Source: the human T2T-CHM13v2.0 reference genome, Homo sapiens. Taken from it: a DNA stretch of 64,000 nucleotides. How positions within the stretch are numbered: the first letter of the stretch is position 1; each line of letters starts with the position of its first letter. The translations under genes were made by a program, and so were the position numbers. The notes beneath the pieces are model-generated. The model did not search any database. It saw only the letters and a list, made by a program, of their open reading frames with translations, and was not told the origin of the DNA. Shown one piece after another: positions 15,498 through 37,310 of the stretch. The stretch lies in the NCBI RefSeq assembly GCF_009914755.1, contig NC_060930.1; one strand, written 5' to 3'.

Positions 15498-16517
15498 ATG
15501 AAAAAAAAACAGTGCAAAAATGTTGAAAATTCCAAGAACCAGAATCCCTCTTCTCCAAAGGATCACAAATCCTCTCCAACAAGGGCACAAAACTGGACAG
15601 GGAATGAGTTTGATGAATTGACAGAAGTAGGCTTTAGAAGGTGGATAATAACAAACTCCTTGGAGCTAAAGGAGCATGTCCTAACCCAATGCAAGGAAGC
15701 TAAGAACCTTGATAAAAGGTTACAGGAACTGCTAACTAGAATAATCGGTTGAGAGAAGATAAATGACCTGATGGAGCTGAAAAACACAGCACAAGAACTT
15801 TGTGAAGCATACACAAGTATCAGTAGCTGAATCAATCAAGTGAAAGAAAGCATATCAGAGATTGAAGATCGACTTAATGAAATAAAGCATGAAGACAAGA
15901 TTAGAGAAAAAAGAATTAAAAGGAATGAACAAAGCCTCCAAAAAATATGGGACTATGTGAAAAGACTTAACCTTCAACTGGTTGATGTACCTGAATGTGA
16001 TGGGGAGAATGGAACCAAGTTGGAAAACACTCCTGAGGATATTATCCAGGAGAACTTCCCCAACCTAGCAAGACAGGCCAACATGCAAATTCAGGAAATA
16101 CAGAGAGCACCACTAAGACACCCCTCAAGAAGAGCAACCCCAAGACACATAATCGTTAGATTCTCTAAGGCTGAAACAAAGGAAAAAATGATAAGGGCAG
16201 CTAGAGAGAAGGGTCAGGTTACCTACAAAGGGAAGCACATCAGACTAACAGTGGATCTCTCTGCAGAAACCCTACAAGCCAGAAAAGAGTGGGGGCCAAT
16301 GTTCAACATTCTTAAAGAAAAGATTTTTCAACCCAGAATTTCATATCCAGCCAAACTAAGTTTCATAAGTAAAGGAGAAATAAAATCCTTTACAGACATG
16401 CAAATGCTGAGAGATTTTGTCACCATCAGGCCTGCCTTACAAGAGCTCCTGAAGGGAGCACTAAATATGGAAAGGAAAAACTGGTACTAGCCACTGCAGA
16501 AATGTAACAAAATATAA
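15498..16517 (+). pseudogene. Disrupted L1 ORF1p
   Basis: IKRNEQSLQKIWDYVKR...RATPRHIIVRF...YPAKLSF; contains stops and frameshifts. Confidence 0.9.
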
Positions 16518-16582
16518 AGACCAATGACACTGTGAAAAAAAACTGCATCAACTAATGTGCAAAATAACCAGCTAACATCATG

Positions 16583-20166
<3,584 letters not shown>

Positions 20167-22413
20167 AAAACAGGAACACATGTACACAGGGAGGGGAACA
20201 TGACACACCAGGGCCTGTCAGTGGGTGGGGCGCAAGGGGAGGGAGAGTATGAGAACAAATACCTAATGCATGCAGGGCTTAAAACCTAGATGATGGGTTG
20301 ATGGGTGCAGCAAACCACCATGCACATATATACCTGTGTAACAAACCTGCATGTTCTGCACATGTATCCCAGAACTTAAAGTATAATAATAATCATAATA
20401 TTAAGAAAAACAAGTCAATGACTGGCATCAAAGACTATCCCAAAAAACCTCTTTAATTTAGTCAGACGGTAGAGCAACTTATGTCCTGGGGCATTGTTGA
20501 AAACAATGGCACAATTATTGGAGGCTAACAGCTGAGTGTGGTGCCAAGATAGGCCCACCAGCTAGAAGCTCAGCAGAAATAATAAAGAAAAGACAGTTAA
20601 AGCAAAACTAACTAAAGCCACTTTTATCCATGGAAGTTGGGGGTGGATAGGATGACTGTGCACATACTCAGAGCTGTGACCTCTGAGGTGCAGCATCAGA
20701 GGATGTACACTATAGAGTGATAGACTTCACTGAAATATTAAGTCACTAAATAAATAAACAAGCAAAAATAACAAAAGCTACAAACCCCTGGTTGGGAGAA
20801 AATAAATCAGTATCCAGAGTTGCAACAATAAATTCTTTGCATGTCCATACTAAAAACTAAAAAGCTCACAATATATGAGAACACATAGGAGACCACAACT
20901 TATAGATGGAGGAGAAAGTAGGCAGCAGAAACTGACTTTAAGAAGGCCCACTAAGACTTCAAACTAGCTAAGATGAATATATTTTAAGAACAACTAGAAA
21001 CATGCTTAAAGAAGCAAAGAAAGGCCTGATGACAACTTCTCAGAACATAGATAGTATCAATAAAGACATAGAAATTATAAAAAGGAACCAAATAGATATT
21101 GTAGAGTTGAAGAATACAATAACTAAAATGAAAAACTCTCTAGGGGGACTCTACATAAAATCTGAGCTAGCAAAGAGTCAGTAAATTTGAAGATAAATCA
21201 ATAGAGATTAAACAATCTGAAGAACAGAGAGAAAAAAATTACAAAATGAACAGAGCCTCAGAGAAAGGTAATATACCATTAAACACACCAACATATGTGT
21301 AATGCAAATAGGAGAAGAAGGCAAGAGAGAAAAAAGAGAAATAATATTTGAAAAGAAATAAAATCTTCAGAAATTTGATAGAAAACATAAATCTACACAT
21401 CCAAAAATTCATTCAGCTGCAAGCATGATAAATGCAGAGATCTACCTGCAGAGCCATCATAGTGAAAACGCTGAAAGACAAAGAAGAGAAATTTTTTGAA
21501 AGCAGTAGGAGAAAAGGAAATGCAATGAAATTAACACAGACTTTTCAACAGAAGCCAAAGAGGCCAGGAAGCAGTGGGATAACATTCACAAAGTTATAAA
21601 TAGAAAAAAAAAAAAAACTGCCAACTAAGAATTTTATATTCAGCAACACTATAATTTTTAAATGGAGGAAGTAAAATTAAGACATTGCTAGATAAACCAA
21701 AACAGAAATAATTTGTTGTCTGCAGAAACACCTTGCAGGAAATTCCACAGAAAGTTCTTCAGGATGAAAGGAAGTGACACAAAATCTACATTCAAAATAA
21801 AGAGTATCAATAAAGGTAATTATGTAATTACTAAAGACAGTATAATTGCATATTTTTTCTTTCCTTTATTAAATGATTTAAATGGCAATTATATAAAACA
21901 ATAATTATACAATTGTCTTTTTGGACCTATAACATATAGAAATATAATATATATAACAGTAACAACACAAAGGACCAGGTGGGCACAAATTTGTATTGGA
22001 GCAAAGAAAAGACATTAGATATTATAACAACAAAATGATGTTAAGGAAAGCAGAAAGAGTAAGTACATGGTAATTATAACAAGCTCAATAAATATATACT
22101 TCTTTTCTCAGCCTACTTAAATGACATAAAATCATATAAAGTAATAATTATAGTAGTATATGATTGTATTTGTAACCAAAATAAACTTAATATATACTAT
22201 AATAATAGCAAAAGAAAGAGAAAGAAGAGAAGATACAGCTAAGTAGGAAGAGCATCACTGAGGAAGGCTAGATGTTGGGCTTACTAAACATTTGGTTACC
22301 TGTTTTAAATATGTTAAAAGAAGTAAAAGAAACAATGCCTAAGGAACTAAAAGTAAAGTATGAGAAAGGAAAATAAACAAATGCAAACTCTAAATTTAAA
22401 AATACAATAACTT

Positions 22414-22715
<302 letters not shown>

Positions 22716-23749
22716 GAGGAGGAGCCAAGATGGCCAAATAGGAACAGCTCTGGTCTACAGCTCCCAGTGTGAGCGACGAAGAAGATGGGTGATTTCTGCA
22801 TTTCCTGCTGAGGTACCGGGGTCATCTCACTGGGGAGTGCCAGACAGTAGGTGCAGGACAGTAGGTGCAGTGCACCGTGCACGAGCTAAAGCAGGGCGAG
22901 GCATCACCTCACCCGGGAAGCGCAAGGGGTCAGGGAATTCCCCTTCCTAGTCAAAGAAAGTGGTGACAGATGGGACCTGGAAAATCGGATCACTCCCACC
23001 CTAATACTGCACTTTTCCAACGGGCTTAAAAAACGGCACACCAGGAGACTATATCCCACACCTGGCTTGGAGGGTCCTACGCCCACAGAGTCTCGCTCAT
23101 TGCCAGCACAGCAATCCGAGATCACACTGCAAGGTGGTAGCAAGGCTGGGGGAGGGCTGCCTGCCACTGCGGAGTTAGTTGTTTGATTAGGTAAACAAAG
23201 CAGCCGGGAAGCTCAAACTGGGTGGAGCCCACCACAGCTCAAGGAGGCCTGCCTGCCTCTGTAGGCTCCACCTCTGGGGGCAGGGCACAGACAAACAAAA
23301 AGTCAGCAGTAACCTGTGGAGACTTAAATGTCCCTCTCTGACAGCTTTGAAGAGAGTAGTGGTTCTCCCAGCATGCAGCTTGAGATCTGAGAATGGGCAG
23401 ACTGCCTCCTCAAGTGGGTCCCTGACCCCCGAGTAGCCTAACTGGGAGGCACCCGCCAGTAGGGGCGGACTGACACCTCACACGGCCGGGTACTCCTCTG
23501 AGACAAAACTTCTAGAGGAATGATCAGGCAGCAGCATCTGCGGTTCACCGATATCCGCTGTTCTGCAGCCACCGTGGCTGATACCCAGGCAAACAGGGTC
23601 TGGAGTGGACCTCTAGCAAACTCCAACAGACCTGCAGCTGAGGGTCCTGTCTGTTAGAAGGAAAACTAACAAACAGAAAGGACATCCACACCAATAACTC
23701 TTCTGTACGTCGCCATCATCAAAGACCAAAAGTAGATAAAACCACAAAG
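22716..23749 (+). promoter_or_regulatory. L1 5' UTR: internal sense promoter (YY1 motif aagatggcc), antisense promoter region, retained ~129-bp segment (~23494-23622)
   Basis: Position and homology to the known L1PA 5' UTR. Activity is not shown by sequence. Confidence 0.7.
22904..23167 (-). pseudogene. L1 ORF0 homologue, open for 87 codons but with GTG in place of ATG
   Basis: xAGSPPPALLPPCSVISDCCAGNERDSVGVGPSKPGVGYSL closely resembles primate L1 ORF0p. Confidence 0.8.
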
Positions 23750-24759
23750 ATGGGAAAAAAACAGAGCAGAAAAACTGGAAACTCTAAAAATCAGAGCGCC
23801 TCTCCTCCTCCAAAGGAACGCAGCTCCTCACCAGCAATGGAACAAAGCTGGACGGAGAATGACTTTGATGAGCTCAGAGAAGAAGACTTCAGACAATCAA
23901 ACTACTCTGAGCTACAGGAAGAAATTCGAACCAATGGCAAAGAAGTTAAAAGCTTTGAAAAAAATTAGACGAATGGATAACTAGAATAACCAATGCAGAG
24001 AAGTCCTTAAAGGACCTGATGGAGCTGAAAACCAAGGCGTGAGAGCTACGTGACAAATGCAGAAGCCTCAGTAGCTGATGCGATCAACTGGAAGAAAGGG
24101 TATCACTGATGGAAGATGAAATGAATGAAATGAAGCGAGAAGAGAAGTTTAGAGAAAAAAGAATAAAAAGAAATGAACAAAGCCTCCAAGAAATATGGGA
24201 CTATGTGAAAAGACCAAATCTACGTCTGATTGGTGTACCTGAAAGTGACAGGGAGAATGGAACCAAGTTGGAAAACACTCTGCAGGATATTATCCAGGAG
24301 AACTTCCCCAATCTAGCAAGACAGGCCAACATTCAGATTCAGGAAATACAGAGAATGCCACAAAGATACTCCTCAAGAAGAGCAACTCCAAGACACATAA
24401 TTGTCAGATTCACCAAAGTTGAAATGAAGGAAAAAATGTTAAGGGCAGTCAGAGAGAAAGGTCGGGTTACCCACAAAGGGAAGCCCATCAGACTAACAGC
24501 TGATCTCTCGGCAGAAACTCTACACGCCAGAAGAGAGTGGGGACCAATATTCAACATTCTTAAAAGAATTTTCAACCCAGAATTTCATATCCAGCCAAAC
24601 TAGGCTTCATAAGTGAAGGAGAAATAAAATCCTTTAGAGACAAGCAAATGCTGAGAGATTTTGTCACCACCAGGCCTGCCCTAAAAGAGCTACTGAAGGA
24701 AGCACTAAACATGGAAAGGAACAACCGGTACCAGCCACTGCAAAAATGCCAAAATGTAA
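23750..24759 (+). pseudogene. Disrupted L1 ORF1p
   Basis: MGKKQSRKTGNSKNQSASPPPKERSSSP...; frameshifts near 23965 and 24565. Confidence 0.93.
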
Positions 24760-24822
24760 AGACCATCAAGGCTAGGAGGAAACTGCATCAACAAACAAGC
24801 AAAATAACCAGCTAACGTCATA

Positions 24823-28642
<3,820 letters not shown>

Positions 28643-29418
28643 ACAATGAGTACACATGGACACAGGAAGGGGAACATCACACACCGGGGACTGTTGTTGG
28701 GTGGGGGGATGGGGGAGGGATAGCATTAGGAGATATACCTAATGCTAAATGACGAGTTAATGGGTGCAGCACAACAACATGGCACATGTATACATATGTA
28801 AAAAACCTGCACTTTGTGCACATGTACCCTAAAACTTAAAGTATAATAATAATAAAATTAAAAAAAAAAGAACTCTATTTGCAAAAAAAAAAAAATACAG
28901 TAACTCAAACAAAAACACATTAGAGGATAGGGATAGAGAGGCACAATAGCATGTTTTAGTTGGTAAAGTTGAAGATAGAGCAAAAGATTCAGCAAACTTG
29001 AAGACAGGTCAACTCAGACTAACCAGTCTGAGAAACAAAAGAAGGATGAGGAAATAAAACAGCTTCAGAGAACTGTGGTACACCATCAACTATACCAAGA
29101 TATGCATAATGAAAGTTCTCAAAGAAAAGGTGAAAAAGGGATAAAATTAATACTTGAAGAAATAATGGCCAAAACCCCTAGTTTCAGTGAAAAGCATTAG
29201 TATTTACATCCAAGAAGCACAATAAAGTCTAGGTAGAATTCATTTTAACAGATTTACACTTAACTGTATCATAACAAAATTATTAAAAGATGAAGTCTTG
29301 AAAGAGCAAGAAAAGCAATGCATCACAAGTGATCCTCAATAATATTAACAGTTGATTTCTCATTCAGAGACTATGGAGGCCAAGAGGAGGTGGGACAATG
29401 TATACAAAGCACTAAACA

Positions 29419-29769
<351 letters not shown>

Positions 29770-31771
29770 TCAACAATTAACAAGAAATTAAAATATTCCC
29801 ACATAAACAAAAACTGATTTGTCACTAACCAACCTGCCCTATAATACAAAGTCCTCTATCTGAAATAATATGATACATTAACTCAAATCTACACAAAGAA
29901 ATCAAGAGCACTGATAAAGACAAATACATAGGAAAACATAAAAACAGTTAAATGTATTTTTGTTTGTAAATCTTTTTTTCTTTTATGTGAGTTAAAATAC
30001 AACTTTGTAAAGTAGTAACTATAAATATGTATTGATGGGCATACAATGTATAAAGATATTGTGTGACAATAATAGCACAAATCTTGCAGGTGAGAAGAGA
30101 ATATAGCTACATAATAGCAAAATTTGTATATGCTATGGAAATTAAGTTAGTAGTAATCTGAACTAGATTGTTATATGTTGAGATGTTAATTGTAACCCCT
30201 AGGGAAACTACTAAGAGAATAACATGAAGAACATAGAAAAAGAAATGACAAGAGAGTTAAGATGGCATTTTTGGAAAAAAATATGATTTCACAAAAGAAG
30301 GCACTAATTGAGAGATAGAGGAATAAAAATAACATAGTACCAGTAGAAAACAAAACAAGACAATTTATAAGAATAGTAGAGATGAATTCTATCTTATCAA
30401 TCATTACATTAAATGTGAATGAATTGAACAAGACAGAGATGTGCAAAAAGCATTTTTAAGGAAAAACCATGATCTAACTATAACCATGATCTAACTATAT
30501 GCTGTGTACGTGAGACAAACTTTAGATTCAAAGGCACACACAGGTTGAAAGTAGAAAGAGGAAAAATGATATACCTTGTCAACAGTAAACAAAAGAGAGC
30601 TGATATACTAATATCAGACAAAAATAGACTTTAAGACAATAATTGTCACTAGAGGCAAAGAAGGACATTCTTTCAATAATAAAAGGCTCAATCCTTCTAG
30701 AAGATATAGCAATATAAATTTGTATGCACCTAACAACACAACACCAAAAACTGAAAGCAAAACTAACGAGATTGAAGGAAGAAACAGACCATTCAACATT
30801 AATATTTGCAGACTTCAATATCTCACTTTCAATAATAGATACACATTTAATCTACATATTTCTAAGCACTGCTTTAGCTGAATTCCATACACATTAGCAT
30901 GTTGTACTATACATCCATTCATCTCAGAGTATTTTTAAATGTCTCTTGGGATTTCTTCTTTGACACATTGATATTTAGTAATGTGTTTAATCTCCACCTA
31001 TTTGTGAATTTGCCACATTTCCTTCTATTATTGATTACTAATTTCATTCCATTGTACTTGGAGAACATATACTGTATGATTTCTACACTTTAAAATTTAT
31101 TGAGACTTGTTTTATGGCTTTGTATGTGATATATACAAAGCCATAGATAGTCTATCCTGGAGAATGTTCCATGTGCCCTTGAGTAAACTGTGTATTTGTT
31201 GTTATTGTTTGGGGTGTTCTATAGACATCTGTTAGGCCTATTAAGTCTGTAATTTCGTTCAAGTATTTTTTATGAAATAGAGAAGTTCATAGACAGATAT
31301 AAACTACCAAAAATGATTAAAAAAGAAACAGAAAATCTGATTAGACCTACAATAAGTAAAGAGATAGAATTTGTAATCAACAAAGTTCCCACATAGGAAA
31401 GCCCAGGACCTGATGGCTTTGTTGCTGAATTCTACCAAGCTTTTAAAAAGAATGCCTAATCTTTCTCCAAAGCTTCCAGAAAAAATTGAAGTGGATAAAA
31501 CACTTTCAATTCATTCTTTGATACCAATATTTTCTTGATATCAAAACCAAACAAAACATTCTGGGGAAAAAAACTGCAGACCAAAATTCTTTATGAATAT
31601 AGACGCAAAACTCAACAAAATATCGGCCAACCAAATCCAGCAACATATAAAAGACTGAAAAACTGCCCCAGATTGAAGGAACTAAGGAGACACAATGACT
31701 AAACATAATGGGGAATTATGGATTGGATCTTAGAACAGAAAGATAACTTAATTTAAAAACTGGTAAAGTTA

Positions 31772-32185
<414 letters not shown>

Positions 32186-32889
32186 TTACTGTGCTTGTGA
32201 AGGCTGCTATCATTAGGGAAAGCTAGGAAAACTAGGGAAAGGTAGATAGGAACTCTACCACCTATAGTATGTCTAAAATTATTTCAAAATAAAAATCTTT
32301 TAAAGAAAAACTCTCTCTAATCCAAATGTTCATCAGAAGTAGAAGAGATAAATAAATTACTGTGGTTACATTTTGATAAAAGAGAGAAGGTGTAAAGATA
32401 TGGAGAGGATACCAGGGTAGTTTCTGGGATGCTGTCCATGTTCTATTTCTTGTCTTGCATTGTGGTTGCACAGTTTTCAGTTATTCGCTTTGTGAGAGTT
32501 CATCAAGATGTAATTCAATTGCACTGTTACATTTCAGACATAGCACTGGCTTTTAAATTCAAATGGTTCTATTAAAATCAAAATTAATGAGTCAGGTTTA
32601 AATCTAAGGCCAACGGCATTAACTGTATCAGAGAATGCTCTAGTGCCTAAACGAAAATGTTACTACAACGTAGCATTTGATTAATGAAAACATAGCCCCC
32701 ATAAAGGGGTAAATCTCAAAAACATCCACTAGAGACCAATAGTTTGTGCTGTTTCTCTTGAGTTTTCTACAGGGACAGTCATAAATCTATAAATAACAAC
32801 ATTTTCTTTTCTAAAGTTAAATTTTGTTTTACCAGTTTTATTTAATTTGTTCTAGTTCCAAAACACCATTAAATAATTTGGAAAGCATA

Positions 32890-33450
32890 GGTATTTCAAT
32901 GGCTTCAGCTCTACATAACAGAAACCCCAAATAAATAGGGCTTAAATAAATCAGATTAATTATTTCACTTCAGATAACCCTAAAATAGAGTTATTTCGGG
33001 GCTGGTAAATGTATCTCCACAACATTATTAAATGATCCAGATTCTCTCCATCTTTTCTCTCTGCTATCCTCAGAAGGTTGCTCACTCCTCATGGTTGCAA
33101 GAAGGCTGCTGTACCTGCAGCTTCTGTATTCTCAGTGAAAACATAATAAAACCATAACACATTGACTTTCATGCATCATTTATGCCCGTTTTCCCAGAAG
33201 CCCCACAACAGACATCTCACATTTTATTTTTCTAATTTTATTGTACATTCTTTTCTAAGGCAACCTTCGCTTAGGCAAACAGAACATTACCAGGACTGGC
33301 TTCGACTTGTCAAGATGCATCCTCTGGGACTAAAGAGGGGCCCAGCATCCAATGGAACACATAGACACACAGTGCCTGAATCATATTGAGGTTCTATTAG
33401 CAGAAGGAAGAGGAAATAATTCTTAAGTAGGAATTCACCAGCTGTTAGAA
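32890..33450. mobile_element. Old MLT1J/K-type LTR
   Basis: taacagaaaccccaaataaatagggcttaaataa...ctcatggttgcaagaaggctgctg...ccagaagcccc. Confidence 0.55.
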
Positions 33451-35703
33451 ACAGCGTCATTTTATTATTCTTTACTGTAATAATACATTATTTACAGGGG
33501 ATTCAGTGTTCCCTGTGAAGAATGATGCAGCTGTTGGTTGAGATACTCTTTATAATATTAAGGGAGTATCATTCTATTTCTAGTATTCTGAGAATTTGTA
33601 TTGGCAACAATATGTATGTAGTACTTAGTCAAATCCTTTGTTTTGTGTTGGTTTCTGTTTCTGTCTTTGGTTTTTTACTTTGGTGGGGGTAGAGTTGGCC
33701 ATTGGCCTAGACAATAACCTTTAGCTTATTGACATGCTTTGTTTCATTAAGAAATTTTCTAATGTCTAATGTTGCATCCTCTTTATTTTCTCAGAATATA
33801 CCTTCTTCGGGCATGGGAATATTTGGTTTTTAATATAATTCCAGATTTGACCTCAAATTTTTCTTCAAACAAGGATCTGAATTAACATACACGTTTACAA
33901 AACAGGTTTTATTAATGGCTTTATGTAATGGTTATAATAATCATAAAGTGATTTTAAAGCTATTTATGTTTCATTTATTCAATGAAATTTTAAAAAAATT
34001 CTTTTCTGTATCATTAGGTCCCAGAATCTTTATAGATCTTGGTTCTTGGTTTATTTTAATTTTTGTAATTTAGGAAAAAAGATCAGTTTTATAAATTTTT
34101 TTCTAGAAAATCATGAAATGATAAAAACATAAAGTAGCTTAAAGGTATACAAAGTATTATCTTGTATTTTTTCTCTCTGTAGTTATTCATTTCTAATTTT
34201 GAGTATTTACATTACATTATCTTTAGACTTCCCAAAGGGTTTTCTGTTTTATTAAAATTTTAAAAGAACCAGCTCTTGGATATATTTGCTAAATCATTAA
34301 ATCATTAACTATCAGCTTTTGTTTTTGATATGTTTTTCTTCTTATTTTTGAGTTGCTTTGTTGTGCATACTTAATTTCTATGATAGAATATTTTATTTAC
34401 ATACTTACATTATTCTAGCATAATGTTAGCACTCAAGGATCTGAAGTAGTGTGTAAAAAGATCTTTGGCCACCTGTTATAGTGATATTTTTAATCACAGT
34501 ATGATTACTTCTAAAATACTCTAGAATTAAATATGTTATTACCTTATTGCTCTTTATTAATTATAAAATTTCAAGCAATACAGAAATATGAAATAAAAAA
34601 TAAACTTTCTACTGTACCTTACCTCAAACCAGCTTTCTTTCCAATGCTACCAACTGCTAACAGTCCCTTTATTGTTTTAAATATTTTTTTACTTACATTA
34701 ATATGCATTACATTTTTTAAATGCTGTAAATGTTCATTCTTATGTTCATATCATTGCCAGCATGTACAAATATTTCTTTATAATAGATTTCAGGGAATGG
34801 GTTTCCTGGGTCAAGTTGTATGTACATGTTTAATTTTGATAACTATTCTCAAATTGCTCTCCACAAAAGGCTGTGTTAGTCCACACAACAATAGTATGTG
34901 TCCATGCCCATTTTCCTACATCCTGGCCAACCTTGATATATAACCAACATTTTAATTTATAATTTGATCACCATGGTTTTTAGCAGATAAGTTTTAATTT
35001 CTAAAAGCTTGTATTTTTTATGTTGTTGGTAGTGGTTGTTTAATCTCTTACTATTCTTTCAAAATTTTCTTGCAACAATTCAATACAAGAATGTAAATGG
35101 TAAAAATTATGTTTTTCAAAATGTGTTGAGATTTCTTCTGCAGCTTCTATTGGTAAAATGCCATGAGTGCCTAAAAGAAGCATTTTCTCTAAAAAATACA
35201 CACTTTAAAATCTTTTCAACATTAATGTATTATTATTATATTGTTTGGGTTATCATACCTGTATTTTGTATCTAGCTACTATTCTTTCAAAACTAAAAAG
35301 TTGTTTAAGACTTTAATTACTATGCAAATTTATTATAGCTTTCATTTACTTAAAATCTCTGTATATTCCTGAAGTTAAATTATAGAATCCTAATCTGACC
35401 AAGAAAATACATCAACATTCTTAGAGTTCACATATAAATGATAGTGTATATATTTCTAAGCAAATGACAAGTCCAGGCTTCTGGCTTCCTCCCTTCAACC
35501 CAGATTTGGAGATGCCAATGGCAACTAATAGAAAGTATTAGTGAAAATCCTAGGGAGTGACAGAGTGAATCAGTCCCAGTATGTGGGAAACAGCTTTCAA
35601 CAGGAGAGCTCCAGGGCGGGCGTGCATTTGTGGCCTGGCCTAGAGAGAGTTTTCTAGTAGTGCCCTTTTCTTTAATTGCTTGTACCTTTGCTCCATTGGG
35701 CAG

Positions 35704-35856
35704 CCAATAGCAATAAATATTTCAATGATCCAGAACATTTTTCTGCATTCCCTGAACTAAGCAATAACCTTAAAATGTGTCTACTCTTGGATTAAAACAC
35801 AACTTGGATCAGAAGCCCTGGGGAATTTTCTCAGCAGCCAAGAGATGCCTGGGGAG
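35704..35856 (+). pseudogene. Candidate exon C (153 bp, phase 0-0): PIAINISMIQNIFLHSLN*AITLKCVYSWIKTQLGSEALGNFLSSQEMPGE
   Basis: Acceptor cccttttctttaattgcttgtacctttgctccattgggcag; donor GTAAAG at 35857; one stop. An alternative frame also has one stop. Confidence 0.55.
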
Positions 35857-35989
35857 GTAAAGAGGCATGGATTACAAGGGAGAGGCTCCCTGTTCTGAAG
35901 CACTCCTCCCTCCAGTCTCACTGGAGTAATTGCAAGCTTAAAGCCCAGGCTTTCATCAATTCCCATAAAGTTGACAAAACTAGTCAATA

Positions 35990-37310
35990 CAGCTAATGAT
36001 GACAGAGGATAAAATTTCAGTTACTGTGAAATCAATAGTTTTGAGGACTTAAAATGAAAGCAAAATAACAAATTGAGGGAGATCTACAAAAGGAGATAGC
36101 CCTAACGAAAAAGAAAGAAGAATTTAAAATACTCATAGATGGAAGAGGATATTTGGTACACGAGGTAGGAAAAAGCAGCTATGAAGAAAAATCAATTGCA
36201 GGTATTTGGGATAAGAGATATAGTTGTTGAATAATCTCAATGGATAGATACATTTGGTGAGCAAGGGGTTAGGTCAAAGTATATTCCTAGAAGGCATCAG
36301 GAAAGGATAAGTGAGAAAGGAAAGGTAACAAACAGGGAAGAGGACAGGAGACATTCAACATCTACCCAATAGGAGTCCCAGGAAAAAATGTAAACAGAGA
36401 GGGGGAATAATTTGAGAATATAATGGCAATTTTACAAATAGTAAATGTTGCCATAATATTTTGGAATAACAGGGCTCAGAGAGTGTCACATAGGGTAGAA
36501 AAGTACCCTAGATGCATTTTAGTAAAATTTAAGAACACCATAGACAAAGAAAAACAACAATAGATTCTAGAGAGAAAAATCAGATTCTCTCTAAGGAGTA
36601 AACATTGGATTGGCATTAAATAGCTTAACAGCAACCCTGGCTTAAGAAGATAATCGAATAGTATTTTGAAAGGGCCGAAGAAATTAAAGTTTAATAAAGA
36701 ATTTCATATATACCTCAATTTCCACTTAAGATAAAAGACGATTAAAGATATTCTCAGGCTAAAGGGTCTCAAATAGTATTACAACATGATCTACTTTGAA
36801 AGAATTTTTAGATGTTGTATCTCAGGATGAAGAAAAACAAATGCAGAAGGCAATAAGATATAGAGGAAAGACAGATGGATGAACTTGTCAAAATAGGCAA
36901 AAATTTGTAAGAATTTAATCCATATAATCTGGTATTAAAACTCTAGAAAGTACTTACTTGACTGGAAACTGGAGGCAGTATTCATGGCACCAATGGAAGA
37001 TGAGAACATGCCAGCTAAATGGCTTGCTGGCCCAGGGCAATATATAGATGTATCTGAGCTTTAGTTTTGTTTGTTTGTTTGTTTGTTTTCCTGAGCTTTA
37101 GTTTTGCTAAATAATAAATAAGCATGCATTTGAGTGTTAATAAATTAGAGGTAACCACCAGGAGAATAAAAATAGAATGCAGAACTTTTACACTAGAAAA
37201 ATTTCCTCTACCCACTGGAAAATAGAGAATGTATAGTAAGAAAGCATAAGAAATAGAAAACAAAGTAAAATGGTAGGAATAAGTCCTAGTGTAGCAATAA
37301 TCGCAACAAT
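35990..37310 (+). mobile_element. Very old L1ME/HAL1-like ORF1 region
   Basis: caacatctacccaataggagtcccagga; aagtaccctagatgcattttagtaaaattt. Confidence 0.45.

Noticed and set aside
32630-32710. Possible extra exon (also ~56410-56500)
   Set aside because: Weak splice signals and stops in the frames examined, with no recognisable motif.
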